A stretch of DNA of 63,965 bases, filler included, from an uncultured Methanosarcinales archaeon (GCA_964645415.1; 3 parts of 3 records of this genome joined end to end with filler, not necessarily neighbours in it), one strand, 5' to 3'; numbered from the whole stretch's first letter, positions 41,855-51,975 are shown. Numbers and translations: made by a program. The notes: generated by a model from the letters alone, not told the origin.

Positions 41855-41912
41855 AAAAATCACCTAACTAAACTTAATTAAAATTTAAGATATAAATAAG
41901 TTCTGAAAAGAA

Positions 41913-43106
41913 TTAATTATTAAATACTTTTTTCGCAACATCAATTAATATTTTATTAAAACCCATATTCAAGATAGATTGATCAATTTTAGCAGGATTA
42001 ACATTTTGTATTTTTGCAAGCTCAAGATATTGAACAATAGCTTCAACTTCAGATAAAAAGTCTCCATAATCAAAAGGGGATATTTCTAAATCATATACTA
42101 AATCAATTAAACCCATATCTTTTGAAATCTTATCTGATTCTTTAAATTCTTTAATTTTCTCTCTAGCTTTCTTTAGAATAATTTTTAAGTAAATAAAATA
42201 ATAATATCTTATTTTAATATTAGTATAAATTTCTTTTTTTGATGATATATCAGATAATTTTTTAACAAGAACTTCATCATTAACTACATCTCTTATCCAG
42301 TTAAGAAAATCATTTTTTTCTTTATTGACATGGTTTTTAAAATCACTTTTAGGCATTTTACGAATTGTATCTGATAGTTCTTTTAAGGTATTTATCTCTA
42401 TATCTTTATAGTGGAAACCAGGCTCAAATTCTTTTGATTTATCATTTTTTAACTTATTTTTAACCTTTCTAATTTCTTTAGCTATTTTTTGAATTAAATA
42501 TCTAGATTCATGCAATTTTTCTTCTTTAGATTTAATATCAGATGAATTATTTTTGATTTCTCTTAAATTTTCTTTAATCTCTTTTTGATTATTAATTGAT
42601 TTTGATAAATTTTTATTTTCATTATTAACGTTTTTATTAGTTCTATTATCACGATTATTTTTTCTACTTTGTTCTTTTTCAGAAGGATTAGAGTTATTAG
42701 GTTTAGAAAGAGGATTATTTTTAATTTTATTTGGATTATTCTTTTTCTTTGATTTTTCTTTTAATTCAACATACTCATCAACTTTTTCTTTTTTATTTTC
42801 CTTTTTCTTAGACTTTTTATTTTTATTCATTTTAGATTTCTCTTTTTTTGAACCCATAAATTCATCTTTTAGTTCATCTTTTTCTATATTAACATTATGA
42901 TCGTTATTAGTTAATGGAAACTCTTTTCCAAAAAATATTATCCAAAAAAAATCTAATATTGAATGCTCATGTTTAATCATTTCATACTTACCAGATTTTA
43001 AAATATGTTTGTATAAATCAAAAATGATCCATAAAAAGAAGATTGCAAAAACAATAACTACTACGACATACATTAACCCCCTTACTAAACTCGAAGAAAA
43101 AATCAT
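41913..43106 (-). CDS. Membrane-anchored protein with a low-complexity linker and DUF5752-like domain
   Basis: N-terminal TM helix; INTLKEL..M..DFKNHVNKEKNDFLNWIRDV resembles DUF5752. Confidence 0.7.
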   Translation of the reverse strand: MIFSSSLVRGLMYVVVVIVFAIFFLWIIFDLYKHILKSGKYEMIKHEHSILDFFWIIFFGKEFPLTNNDHNVNIEKDELKDEFMGSKKEKSKMNKNKKSKKKENKKEKVDEYVELKEKSKKKNNPNKIKNNPLSKPNNSNPSEKEQSRKNNRDNRTNKNVNNENKNLSKSINNQKEIKENLREIKNNSSDIKSKEEKLHESRYLIQKIAKEIRKVKNKLKNDKSKEFEPGFHYKDIEINTLKELSDTIRKMPKSDFKNHVNKEKNDFLNWIRDVVNDEVLVKKLSDISSKKEIYTNIKIRYYYFIYLKIILKKAREKIKEFKESDKISKDMGLIDLVYDLEISPFDYGDFLSEVEAIVQYLELAKIQNVNPAKIDQSILNMGFNKILIDVAKKVFNN

Positions 43107-43163
43107 TGGTTAAATATCAAAAGATAATTATATAAATATTTGTTACTTTTTGTAAATAATAAA

Positions 43164-43439
43164 ATGTTACTTTTCATATTAGGTTTTTTTGATGTATTAA
43201 CAGGAATAATTTTAGGTTTAGAATATTTTTCACTTGTATCTTGGAATAAACTTGTATTTCCTATGATATATTTATTTACTAAGTTCTTAATGTTTCCTGA
43301 TAGTTTTGCAAGTTATATAGAGATTCTTATTTGTGTTTTACTTGTTTTCTCTATGTTAGGCCTACAAAATATTTTACAAGTGATATTTGCAATATATTTA
43401 ATAGAAAAAGGGATTCAATCAATTATACTGTCAAATTGA
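43164..43439 (+). CDS. Small membrane protein
   Basis: Hydrophobic ORF (LGFFDVL ... YLIEKG). Confidence 0.65.
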   Translation: MLLFILGFFDVLTGIILGLEYFSLVSWNKLVFPMIYLFTKFLMFPDSFASYIEILICVLLVFSMLGLQNILQVIFAIYLIEKGIQSIILSN

Positions 43440-44138
43440 TTCAAGTAATTTATCTGAAAAGAAATTAGAGATAATAAAAGCAACGATTATTGAAAAAGAG
43501 ATAGAAAGTATCATTGGCATAAAATTAAATGATAAAGCCACTAAAATAAAAAATAAAAACATCATTAAATGATGACTAAAATCAGAATATACCGAAAATA
43601 AACCAAAATTCTTTGGAAATGGAATAAGAGAACATATTCCAAGAATAATTATCTGATTTGTAAAAATACTTGGTAATCTACTTGATAAAAAGAGCAAGAT
43701 GATTAATGAAATAATTCCCGAAAATAAAATTTTAGAATAAATATCAATATTTGGTTTATAGTTGATTTTTCCTAATCTTTTATCAGTCATTTTCATATTA
43801 ATAAAACCTAATGCATAAAAACGTAATATTCCATTTGTTCCTAATGCTAAAAGAAAAGAAAAGAGGATCCCTATTTTATTATAATGAAAAATAACTTCTA
43901 AATCTTTAAGTGAACCATAATATTTCATTGAAAAAATAAATACACAAATAACAAATGAATTAAAAATAAAATGTAATATCAAATTTTGAAATCCATAAAT
44001 AACATCAACAGAACCTGAATCACCCCAAAGACGAAAGGAACTAATTAAAGAAACAATTAAAGAGACAATTAAAATTTGATAGACTTCACGATTAGAAAAC
44101 TTAACATTTTTTATTTTATTTAAAAAAGTTGATAACAT
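43431..44138 (-). CDS. Polytopic membrane protein (possibly degenerate M50-peptidase-like)
   Basis: Multiple TM helices; SLIPFPKNFG resembles NLIPxPPLDG, but HExxH is absent. Confidence 0.6.
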   Translation of the reverse strand: MLSTFLNKIKNVKFSNREVYQILIVSLIVSLISSFRLWGDSGSVDVIYGFQNLILHFIFNSFVICVFIFSMKYYGSLKDLEVIFHYNKIGILFSFLLALGTNGILRFYALGFINMKMTDKRLGKINYKPNIDIYSKILFSGIISLIILLFLSSRLPSIFTNQIIILGICSLIPFPKNFGLFSVYSDFSHHLMMFLFFILVALSFNFMPMILSISFSIIVAFIISNFFSDKLLESI

Positions 44139-44299
44139 AAAGTAATTATTTATTTTACATATAAATATTTTTAGTTAAAAAATATAGAAATAGTATAGAA
44201 AAATGTATATTAATTACTAAAAACCTCACAATATTTATAAATTAATATTGATTTATATATATAGGGTTTAGGGTTATTGTAACCAATGGGGGTATAAAA

Positions 44300-44557
44300 A
44301 TGGATCTTAATCTTCAAGATATACAAAATTTAATTAATGATTCTCTTAATAGAATTGAAGAAGATAAAGAGGTTAAATTAATTTCATTTATTTCATCTTT
44401 TACAACAAGACCAGAACCAGTATCAATTGAGGATGTTATGATTGAAGGAAAACAAAGAGGTTTTAATGAAAATATTTTATATAAAAAAGTTATTGAATTA
44501 ATAGAAAAAGGTATTTTAGTTGAAGAAAAGAAAGGATATGTAAAGAGAAAAATTTAA
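44300..44557 (+). CDS. Small winged-helix-like protein
   Basis: IELIEKGILVEEKKGYVKR wing pattern. Confidence 0.65.
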   Translation: MDLNLQDIQNLINDSLNRIEEDKEVKLISFISSFTTRPEPVSIEDVMIEGKQRGFNENILYKKVIELIEKGILVEEKKGYVKRKI

Positions 44558-44593
44558 TAACATAAAATAAAAATTATCTATAGGTGTATATAT

Positions 44594-44989
44594 ATGTGGT
44601 GGCCATTTAAGAAAAAAAAATCGATTAAAGATTTAATTAATTCAACAGATCAAGATGATAATGATGAAGATTACGAATTAAAAGATGATGATAGTAATCC
44701 TTTTAATAAAGAATTTAATAATAAAAATAACATTGGTAATCAAGAATCTTATGATAATTTAAAAAATAGAAAAAACAATAATGATTTTAATTTTAAAGAA
44801 AAAAGAAATAATGTTCAAAAAGGAAATCAAGAAGATCTTTCTCTTCAAATAATAAATAAAAATTTAGAAGTTATTAATTCTAAAATAGATACATTAAGAG
44901 CAGAAGTTGGATCAATTGATCAAAGATTAAGTGTAATTGAAGATATTGCAAAAGATGAACAGAAAAATAATAAAAGAAAACGTTGGTAA
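44594..44989 (+). CDS. Hypothetical protein with C-terminal coiled coil
   Basis: N-terminus MWWPFKKKK; LEVINSKIDTLRAEVGSIDQRL; GGTG SD. Confidence 0.7.
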   Translation: MWWPFKKKKSIKDLINSTDQDDNDEDYELKDDDSNPFNKEFNNKNNIGNQESYDNLKNRKNNNDFNFKEKRNNVQKGNQEDLSLQIINKNLEVINSKIDTLRAEVGSIDQRLSVIEDIAKDEQKNNKRKRW

Positions 44990-45377
44990 ATTAAATTTAT
45001 TTATAATAAATTATTCAGTATATATTGCTTTTATTTTCTTTATTTTAGATATTATTTTAAAAAATATTTTTTATAAAAACGAATTATTCTATTTAAGAAA
45101 TTTTGGAATTTCTTTTGGATTACTTCCTAATATAAATTGGTTAATTATTAATTCTGTATTAATTTTAATAATAATGTTTCTATGGATCTATTTTAATGAC
45201 TTAAAGACACCATTATTTTTTATTATTGTAGGTGGGATGGGCAATATATTAGATAGAATTATTTATGGATTTGTCATAGATTATATTCCATTTATTTTAA
45301 CTTATATTAATTTAAGTGATGTAATAATTAGTCTTGGATTAATAAGTTATATTTTAAATTCTTTTTTTAATAATTAG
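44937..45377 (+). CDS. lspA: Signal peptidase II (LspA, peptidase A8)-like protein; start uncertain
   Basis: LDIILK, NFGISFG, GGMGNILDRIIYGFVIDYI and NLSD; both catalytic Asp positions are present. Confidence 0.8.
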   Translation: MKILQKMNRKIIKENVGKLNLFIINYSVYIAFIFFILDIILKNIFYKNELFYLRNFGISFGLLPNINWLIINSVLILIIMFLWIYFNDLKTPLFFIIVGGMGNILDRIIYGFVIDYIPFILTYINLSDVIISLGLISYILNSFFNN

Positions 45378-45384
45378 AAATAAA

Positions 45385-45459
45385 TAGCGGGAGGTGGATT
45401 TGAACCACCGACCTCCGGGTTATGAGCCCGACGAGCACTCCAGACTGCTCTATCCCGCT
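45385..45459 (-). tRNA. Initiator tRNA-Met(CAT)
   Basis: A1-U72 pair (AGCGGGA/TCCCGCT), GGG/CCC anticodon stem, CTCATAA loop; abuts the gap. Confidence 0.96.
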
Positions 45460-45559
45460 NNNNNNNNNNNNNNNNNNNNNNNNNNNNNNNNNNNNNNNNN
45501 NNNTTAATTAATTAANNNNNNNNNNNNNNNNNNNNNNNNNNNNNNNNNNNNNNNNNNNN
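45460..45559. other. Artificial scaffold spacer
   Basis: 44 N + TTAATTAATTAA + 44 N. Confidence 0.98.
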
Positions 45560-45790
45560 TAATTAAAAACTTATAAAAACAAAAAATCTGTTGATTTTTT
45601 TCAATTTTTATCAAGATTGACTAGGATAGTACCATATTTCATATAGAACTTTAGTTTCTATCAAATTCTATTCTTTTTATTTCATTCATATAATTACTTT
45701 TTTATTTAGATGATTTTGCCCTACAATATCTTTAGAAAATAAACGAATACATACACTTTAGCTAAAACGAATACACATTACGAAACTAAG
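45560..45790 (+). repeat. Intergenic repeat family copy 2 (most complete)
   Basis: Hairpin 45581-45600, AGGATAGTACCAT at 45623, TTAGTTTCTAT at 45651, TTAGATGATTTTGCCCTACA at 45706, AACGAATAC at 45742 and 45766. Confidence 0.85.
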
Positions 45791-45968
45791 TTTTAGAAGT
45801 TACAAAAACCTAAGCTTTTTGAACCCAAAAAAAGTCCATGACTTTTTTGAAGTGTTTAATTAAAGATTAAAATATTTTCTAAACTTTACTAATTTAGAAT
45901 TAACTAAGTTAAAAAGATACAACAAATAATTTTTTTCGAAGATGATAAAACTAGATAATATTATGATT

Positions 45969-46097
45969 TTATCCTTCAAAACAATCAATAGTAAAATTTT
46001 CTAATTGTTCTTCAGGGACTGCACCAGATAATAATTCACCATTATTAGGACAAATAAAACTTGGAACACCGGTAACTTGTTCTGGAGAACATTGCAT
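45969..46097 (-). pseudogene. 42-aa thioredoxin-fold C-terminal fragment
   Basis: MQCSPEQVTGVPSFICPNNGELLSGAVPEEQL: cis-Pro loop half of a Trx fold with no CXXC; TAATG overlap with the upstream gene. Confidence 0.55.
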
Positions 46098-46582
46098 TAT
46101 TGTATCTCTTTTGGTTCAAATTTGTCTTTTGTTTCTTCTATTTCTTCTTTAAAGTCTTCTTCTATCTCTTCATAATCTTTAGTTTTATTTAATGATTCAT
46201 TTTTTGAATCTTCTGTTTTATTGATTTGTTCTTCAATAATTTCTTCATCAGTTTTTGTGTCTCTGACAAAACAGATAGGATCTTTATCTCCTTTAAGTAT
46301 CCATACTTCTAAATAAGAATTCCTATCTTCAACGATTACTCTATAATGATCATCTTCATAATTTAAAGCACTTTGACATCTTTCGTGAATTTCATCTAAG
46401 TTTTCTTTTATTCTATCTCCTCTCCAAAGTACATATGAAATATCAGCATCTGGATGATTTTCCATAAAATTTTCTACTTGAGAAAGACCTTGAATATATT
46501 CTTCAATTTCTCCTTGTATACAACCAGAAAGAAACAAAACACTAACAGAAAGCAAAATGAAAATTAGGAGTTTTTTATTCAT
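46097..46582 (-). CDS. Putative lipoprotein
   Basis: MNKKLLIFILLSVSVLFLSG-C lipobox; acidic mature part. Confidence 0.75.
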   Translation of the reverse strand: MNKKLLIFILLSVSVLFLSGCIQGEIEEYIQGLSQVENFMENHPDADISYVLWRGDRIKENLDEIHERCQSALNYEDDHYRVIVEDRNSYLEVWILKGDKDPICFVRDTKTDEEIIEEQINKTEDSKNESLNKTKDYEEIEEDFKEEIEETKDKFEPKEIQ

Positions 46583-46701
46583 TAATATCACAAAGTTACT
46601 AATATTTTAAAAACTAATATCTATAAATAATTTGAAATATCTACTAAACAGAAAATCAGTTATATAGATCAAGAATTTATAGAAGAATATCTGATTTATT
46701 G

Positions 46702-46992
46702 TTAGGTTTTTTTACAAATTTCCTCAACTTCACTTTCAATTTTTTCATCTTGATTGGATTCCGATCCAATGGGAAGAAAAAACTCATAAATATCATTCGA
46801 AATTGAGATTTTTTTAAATATTCCTTTAATTACGAAATAAAAGATATAAAAAGTAATTAAAATTCCACCAACCTCTACAAAAACATCAACAGCATTACCA
46901 TCAATAAATAAACTAATTACTAAAAAAGAGGTAACCAAAAAAATAGAAAATTTCTGAATCTTTGTAATAACATCTATCATATATAACTTCAT
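46702..46992 (-). CDS. Small membrane protein
   Basis: Two hydrophobic helices. Confidence 0.55.
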   Translation of the reverse strand: MKLYMIDVITKIQKFSIFLVTSFLVISLFIDGNAVDVFVEVGGILITFYIFYFVIKGIFKKISISNDIYEFFLPIGSESNQDEKIESEVEEICKKT

Positions 46993-47067
46993 AATTTAAA
47001 ATATATAAATAATTTGGAACTTAATTAAGAATTATTTAAGAAATAAATTTATTTTAAGAAAATGTTA

Positions 47068-47142
47068 TGCTCCGACCGGGATTTGAACCCGGGTGTTCGG
47101 CTCGAGAGGCCGAAATGATTGACCGGACTACACTATCGGAGC
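47068..47142 (-). tRNA. tRNA-Glu(CTC)
   Basis: Acceptor GCTCCGA/TCGGAGC; anticodon arm TCGGC-CTCTCGA-GCCGA. Confidence 0.97.
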
Positions 47143-47179
47143 AACAAATTTAAGAAAATTAACACACTTAAATATTTTT

Positions 47180-48364
47180 TTATTTACCAATAATGCTTTT
47201 TATCTTATTTTTAGATAATCTAATAAACTCTTTGTCAATATCATCTAAACTAACTTTCTTTCCATCAATATAAACATCTTTAATCATATCTGGTTTTAAA
47301 CTCATTACAATTTGATCGTATAAATTAACATAACTACCATTGTGACTAACTAAAGGCTCTAACTTATCTCTATCAATAACGATAAAATCAGCAACTTTAC
47401 CCTTAGATAAAGTTCCAAAATGATCTTCAAGACCTAATATTTTTGCATTATTATATGTTGCTTGCCTTAAAATTTGATAAGAACTAAGATTATAAACTAT
47501 TTTTCTAAATTTCATCTCTTCAAGAATATTAGAATCACTCCAAAAAAATCCATCAGTACCAACACCAATTAAATTAAATTTATTAAAATCAAATTTTCCA
47601 TCCTTTAATTTGAATTCAGAAATAATAGTAGGTACAATTTTTCTAAGTTCATCTTTTTTTAAATAAATACCATGTGATGGAACAAAAATGGAATTTTGAA
47701 TAATATTATACTTTTTTAAAAAGGAAATAATATCTTCTTTAAATTGATTTACTCTAAACTTAGTTTCAGCAATGTGCATGGTTGTTATAATATCATTATT
47801 TTTATCAATAAATTGTTTAAGTTTTTCAAAAAAATTAATATCAATATGATCTTCTTCAGGAACTTTTATAGAAAAATTAACTTTTTTATTAAGATCATAA
47901 GAGTTAACCTTATTTTTCATATCACTAATATTATCAACAGCAATCAAAGATCTAATATCACTTTTATGAGCAGCTTTTATTAAACCATTATTGTCTAAAT
48001 AATAAGAAACATCGTGAACAAAAGTAACTCCTGATTTTAAACATTCATTATAAGATTTTAAAGAAGATATTTTAGATTCATAATTAGAGATTGACTCCCT
48101 TAAATTCAGCCATAAGTTAGTATGTGTTGTTTCATGTAAAGTTCTATCTTCTAAAACACCTTTAATTAAAATATCCATAGAATGAAAGTGATTATCAATA
48201 AAACCGGGAAGAATTATGTCTCCATTTAAATCAATACTTTCACAATCATAATCTTTAATAGAAATATCAATTATCTTACCATGATCTATAGCTAAATTAC
48301 AATGGTCATAAATTGAATTAAAATCTTCTAAAGTAACAATTGTTGCATTTTTTAACTGATACAT
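47180..48364 (-). CDS. Metal-dependent amidohydrolase (deaminase family)
   Basis: LPGFIDNHFH, MHIAET, HG, GTDG and GKVADFIV motifs. Confidence 0.88.
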   Translation of the reverse strand: MYQLKNATIVTLEDFNSIYDHCNLAIDHGKIIDISIKDYDCESIDLNGDIILPGFIDNHFHSMDILIKGVLEDRTLHETTHTNLWLNLRESISNYESKISSLKSYNECLKSGVTFVHDVSYYLDNNGLIKAAHKSDIRSLIAVDNISDMKNKVNSYDLNKKVNFSIKVPEEDHIDINFFEKLKQFIDKNNDIITTMHIAETKFRVNQFKEDIISFLKKYNIIQNSIFVPSHGIYLKKDELRKIVPTIISEFKLKDGKFDFNKFNLIGVGTDGFFWSDSNILEEMKFRKIVYNLSSYQILRQATYNNAKILGLEDHFGTLSKGKVADFIVIDRDKLEPLVSHNGSYVNLYDQIVMSLKPDMIKDVYIDGKKVSLDDIDKEFIRLSKNKIKSIIGK

Positions 48365-48461
48365 AAAGATATTACAAAAATCAAATATTTAAACTTTTTT
48401 AAATAAAAAAATTCACAAAATACACAAAAAATTATATAAAGATTATACAATTTTAATAATC

Positions 48462-48779
48462 ATGAAAATCCCATTTAATGATATAGTTTTTGAAGTTAAA
48501 AGAAATAAAAATAAAAAAAATATTAGAAGAAAAGCTAAAAAAGCTATTGATAATCTTTACAAAACTGCAACAAATTCTAAAGATAAAAGTATAAAAAAAG
48601 AATGCTATCAACAGTTATGGAATATTAAATTAAAATATAATCTTGATTTAAAAAAAGAAGTTAAGATTAGCTTTTGTAGAAAGTGTAAATCATCTGAAGT
48701 TAAAACAAGAACAAAAAATAATCGTTTAATAAAGACATGTAAAGATTGCGGATATATAAGAAGGTACCCACTTGATTAA
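48462..48779 (+). CDS. rnp4: RNase P protein component 4 (Rpp21)
   Basis: FCRKC and TCKDCGYIRRYP zinc ribbon. Confidence 0.85.
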   Translation: MKIPFNDIVFEVKRNKNKKNIRRKAKKAIDNLYKTATNSKDKSIKKECYQQLWNIKLKYNLDLKKEVKISFCRKCKSSEVKTRTKNNRLIKTCKDCGYIRRYPLD

Positions 48780-48780
48780 A

Positions 48781-50841
48781 ATGGAAAAAGTAAAAAAATC
48801 AGAAATAATATTTCCTTATAAAGAAATTAGAAAAAAACAAGATGACTTAATTGATTCTATAATTGAAGGTCTTAATAAAAAGAAAAGTATGATTTTTCAT
48901 GCACCAACTGGCCTTGGAAAAACTGTTGCAGCACTTGCACCAATGATTGATTATGCTAAAAATAATGATAAAAAAATTATGTTTTTAACAACAACTCATA
49001 CACAACACAAAATTGTTCTTGAAACTGTTAAAGAAATGAATGAATTAAGCGATGAAAGAATTATTGTATCTGATTTATTAGGAAAAAGATGGTTGTGCTC
49101 TCAAGAAGATTTAGATGTAGGATATAATAGTGAATTTATAGAATATTGTAAACAATTAAGAAAAGAAAAAAAGTGTAGATTTTATAACAATACTTTTGAT
49201 AAAGGATCTGTAAGTGATAAAACTGATGAACTAATAAGAAGGCTAAGAAAAGAAGATATTACTGCAAAAAAAGTACTAAATCTGTCTAAAGATGAAACAT
49301 TGTGTGGATATGAAGTTGCAATTCAACATTCAAAAGATGCTGACATTATAATAGGAGATTATCATTATGTATTTAATCCTGAAATAAGAGATTCATTCTT
49401 AAAAAGAATTGATTCAAGATTAGATGACTTATTAATAATTGTTGATGAGGCACATAATTTAACTAATAGATTGAGAGAATCTGCAAGTGATTCATTATCC
49501 TCAAATACTTTATTAAGAGCAATAAATGAAGCTGAAAAGTATGGATTTAATGATTTAGTAAAAAGAATTACAAAACTAAAAATTGGAATAACAATAAAAA
49601 CATTAAAACATATTTTAAAAAAATATTCTCATCGTAAATTAGATTATCTTCATGATAAGCTTGAAAAAGATTATGAAAATAAAATAGATAAAAAATTCTT
49701 AAAAACATTAATTGATGGTTTTGATAATTATGAGGACTTAATTGGAGAATTAGAAGCAGGAGCTGAATTTGTAAGAGAAAAAAAATATAGAAGTTATTTA
49801 GGTGCAATTGCTAGATTTCTAAGAGGATGGCCACATGATAGTAAAGGATATTTAAAGTATTTTACATTAATAGATAATCTTCAAAAAGGAGAAGAAGATA
49901 ATTTCCAACATTTGAAAAAATTAATTAAAAGAAATACAAAAAATATTCAAGCAACTAATAAAGAGGATAAAATTGAATTAATTGCTGATTACTTATTAAG
50001 TAGAAATATAATTATAAAAAATTCTTGTCTCGATCCAAGTATTGTATCTAAAAAAGTAATAGAAAATTCAGAAAATATTCTTTTAATGTCAGGAACTTTA
50101 ACACCAATTGAAAGATATAGTGATTTATTAGGTTTTAAAGATCCTATGATGAAAGAATTTGAATCTCCTTTTCCAAAAGAAAATAGAAAATTAATTTTAA
50201 ACAAAAATATTACAAGTAAATATACACATAGAGGACATGAACAATATGAAAAGATGGCAAATTATTGTTATAAACTACATTCTTTAAATAAAAATGTAAT
50301 TATCTTTTTTCCAAGTTATTTTATGTTAAAAAAGATTTATTCTTTATTTTCAGAGATGAATAATGAAAATTTACTTCAATCACACCAAAAAAGAGTTTTT
50401 ACAGAATTTAGAGATATGACTCTAGAAGATAAAAATTCAATTATTGAATTCTTTAAAAAGTCAAAAAATAAAAGGAAAATTACTCTATTTGCTGTTGCTG
50501 GAGGAAATTTTTCAGAAGGAATAGATATGCCTAATGTAATTGATATTATAACTATAATCGGTCTTCCTTTAGCTAAACCAAACTTATTAACAAGAGCAAC
50601 AATTGATTACTATGATTATAAATTTGGTAAAGGTTGGGAATATGCTTATACTGTACCTGCAATAAATAGAGTTCTACAAGCTGCAGGACGTGCAATAAGA
50701 AGTGAAGATGATAAGGGAGTCATCATCTTTGGTGATAAAAGATATTCAAAGTATAAAAAATACTTCCCTCATGACTATGAATTAGAGGTTCACAAAGATA
50801 ATGATCAAATCATCCAATCAATTGAGTTATTTTATAGTTAA
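48781..50841 (+). CDS. xpd: XPD/Rad3-family Fe-S DNA helicase
   Basis: FPY..RKKQ, APTGLGKT, four Fe-S Cys, VDEAHN, SGTL, SEGID and QAAGRAIRS motifs. Confidence 0.93.
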   Translation: MEKVKKSEIIFPYKEIRKKQDDLIDSIIEGLNKKKSMIFHAPTGLGKTVAALAPMIDYAKNNDKKIMFLTTTHTQHKIVLETVKEMNELSDERIIVSDLLGKRWLCSQEDLDVGYNSEFIEYCKQLRKEKKCRFYNNTFDKGSVSDKTDELIRRLRKEDITAKKVLNLSKDETLCGYEVAIQHSKDADIIIGDYHYVFNPEIRDSFLKRIDSRLDDLLIIVDEAHNLTNRLRESASDSLSSNTLLRAINEAEKYGFNDLVKRITKLKIGITIKTLKHILKKYSHRKLDYLHDKLEKDYENKIDKKFLKTLIDGFDNYEDLIGELEAGAEFVREKKYRSYLGAIARFLRGWPHDSKGYLKYFTLIDNLQKGEEDNFQHLKKLIKRNTKNIQATNKEDKIELIADYLLSRNIIIKNSCLDPSIVSKKVIENSENILLMSGTLTPIERYSDLLGFKDPMMKEFESPFPKENRKLILNKNITSKYTHRGHEQYEKMANYCYKLHSLNKNVIIFFPSYFMLKKIYSLFSEMNNENLLQSHQKRVFTEFRDMTLEDKNSIIEFFKKSKNKRKITLFAVAGGNFSEGIDMPNVIDIITIIGLPLAKPNLLTRATIDYYDYKFGKGWEYAYTVPAINRVLQAAGRAIRSEDDKGVIIFGDKRYSKYKKYFPHDYELEVHKDNDQIIQSIELFYS

Positions 50842-51975
50842 TTATCTAACTCTAAAACTCAATTTTTCTATGTATGGTCTTTCAACTTTTTCAATCTCTA
50901 ATGATTTATACTCTCTTAAAATATTATTAAGATAATCATCATGATAATTACATAATAAATTGATTACTTTTCCTTCACTTCCTGCTCTTGCTGTTCTTCC
51001 AATTCTATGAACATAGAAAGCTGGGTCGTTAGGAATATCAAAATTATATATGTGAGAAATTCCATCAACATGAATTCCACGAGCTGCAACATCAGTACAT
51101 ACTAATACTTTCTTATGACCTTTCTTAAAAGATCTCATAGCTTTATTTCTTTTGTTTTGTGAAAATCCACCATGAATTGATGCTGAATTAAAACCGTGTC
51201 TTCTTAAGTTTTTAGAAACTAAACCAGTTGTTCTTCTTGTATTACAAAAAACCATCACAAGATCACTTTCTTCTTCATTTAATAAATGTACTAATAAAGA
51301 AAATTTAAGATCTTTTGGAACTTCATAGATTTTTTGTTTTAATTTCTTTGGATCAACTTGCTTTTTAGCAGTAACATTAATTGGATTGTCCATGTATTTT
51401 CTTGCTAATGATTCAATCTCTTTAGGAATTGTAGCTGAGAAAAATAATGTTTGTTTATTTCTTGGACATACTTTCATAATGTCTTCAATATCACCAATAA
51501 AACCCATATCAAGCATAGTATCAGCTTCATCTAATACAAATGTATTGATATTACTTGTATCAATAGTACCTCTATTAATATGATCTTTAAGTCTTCCTGG
51601 AGTTGCAACAACAATTTCAGAATGTTTTAATTTTTTAATTTGTCTTCTTATAGAAACTCCACCATAAACAGACATAACATTAAGTTTTCCATTAGATAAT
51701 CTATCTAAGTAATTTTTAACTTGAGTTGCAAGTTCTCTTGTAGGAGTTATAACAAGACCTTGAACTCCTTGATTAGGAATTGCATTTTCAACTACACCAA
51801 CACCAAAAGCTAATGTTTTTCCAGAACCAGTTGCTGATTCTCCTAAAACATCTTTTCCTTTAATAATTGAAGGAATTGTTTTTTCTTGAATTAATGTTTG
51901 TTCACTAAATTCAAATTTGTTTTTAATCGTTCTTTTCATTTCTTTGCCTAAATTACTCTCTTTAAATGTTCTCAT
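50842..51975 (-). CDS. DEAD-box RNA helicase
   Basis: ATGSGKT, PTRELA, TPGR, DEAD, SAT, ARGIH and HRIGRTAR motifs. Confidence 0.96.
   Translation of the reverse strand: MRTFKESNLGKEMKRTIKNKFEFSEQTLIQEKTIPSIIKGKDVLGESATGSGKTLAFGVGVVENAIPNQGVQGLVITPTRELATQVKNYLDRLSNGKLNVMSVYGGVSIRRQIKKLKHSEIVVATPGRLKDHINRGTIDTSNINTFVLDEADTMLDMGFIGDIEDIMKVCPRNKQTLFFSATIPKEIESLARKYMDNPINVTAKKQVDPKKLKQKIYEVPKDLKFSLLVHLLNEEESDLVMVFCNTRRTTGLVSKNLRRHGFNSASIHGGFSQNKRNKAMRSFKKGHKKVLVCTDVAARGIHVDGISHIYNFDIPNDPAFYVHRIGRTARAGSEGKVINLLCNYHDDYLNNILREYKSLEIEKVERPYIEKLSFRVR

Noticed and set aside
44261..44276. TAGGGTTTAGGGTTA telomere-like repeat
   Set aside because: Only two units in a 5' leader; compatible with chance.
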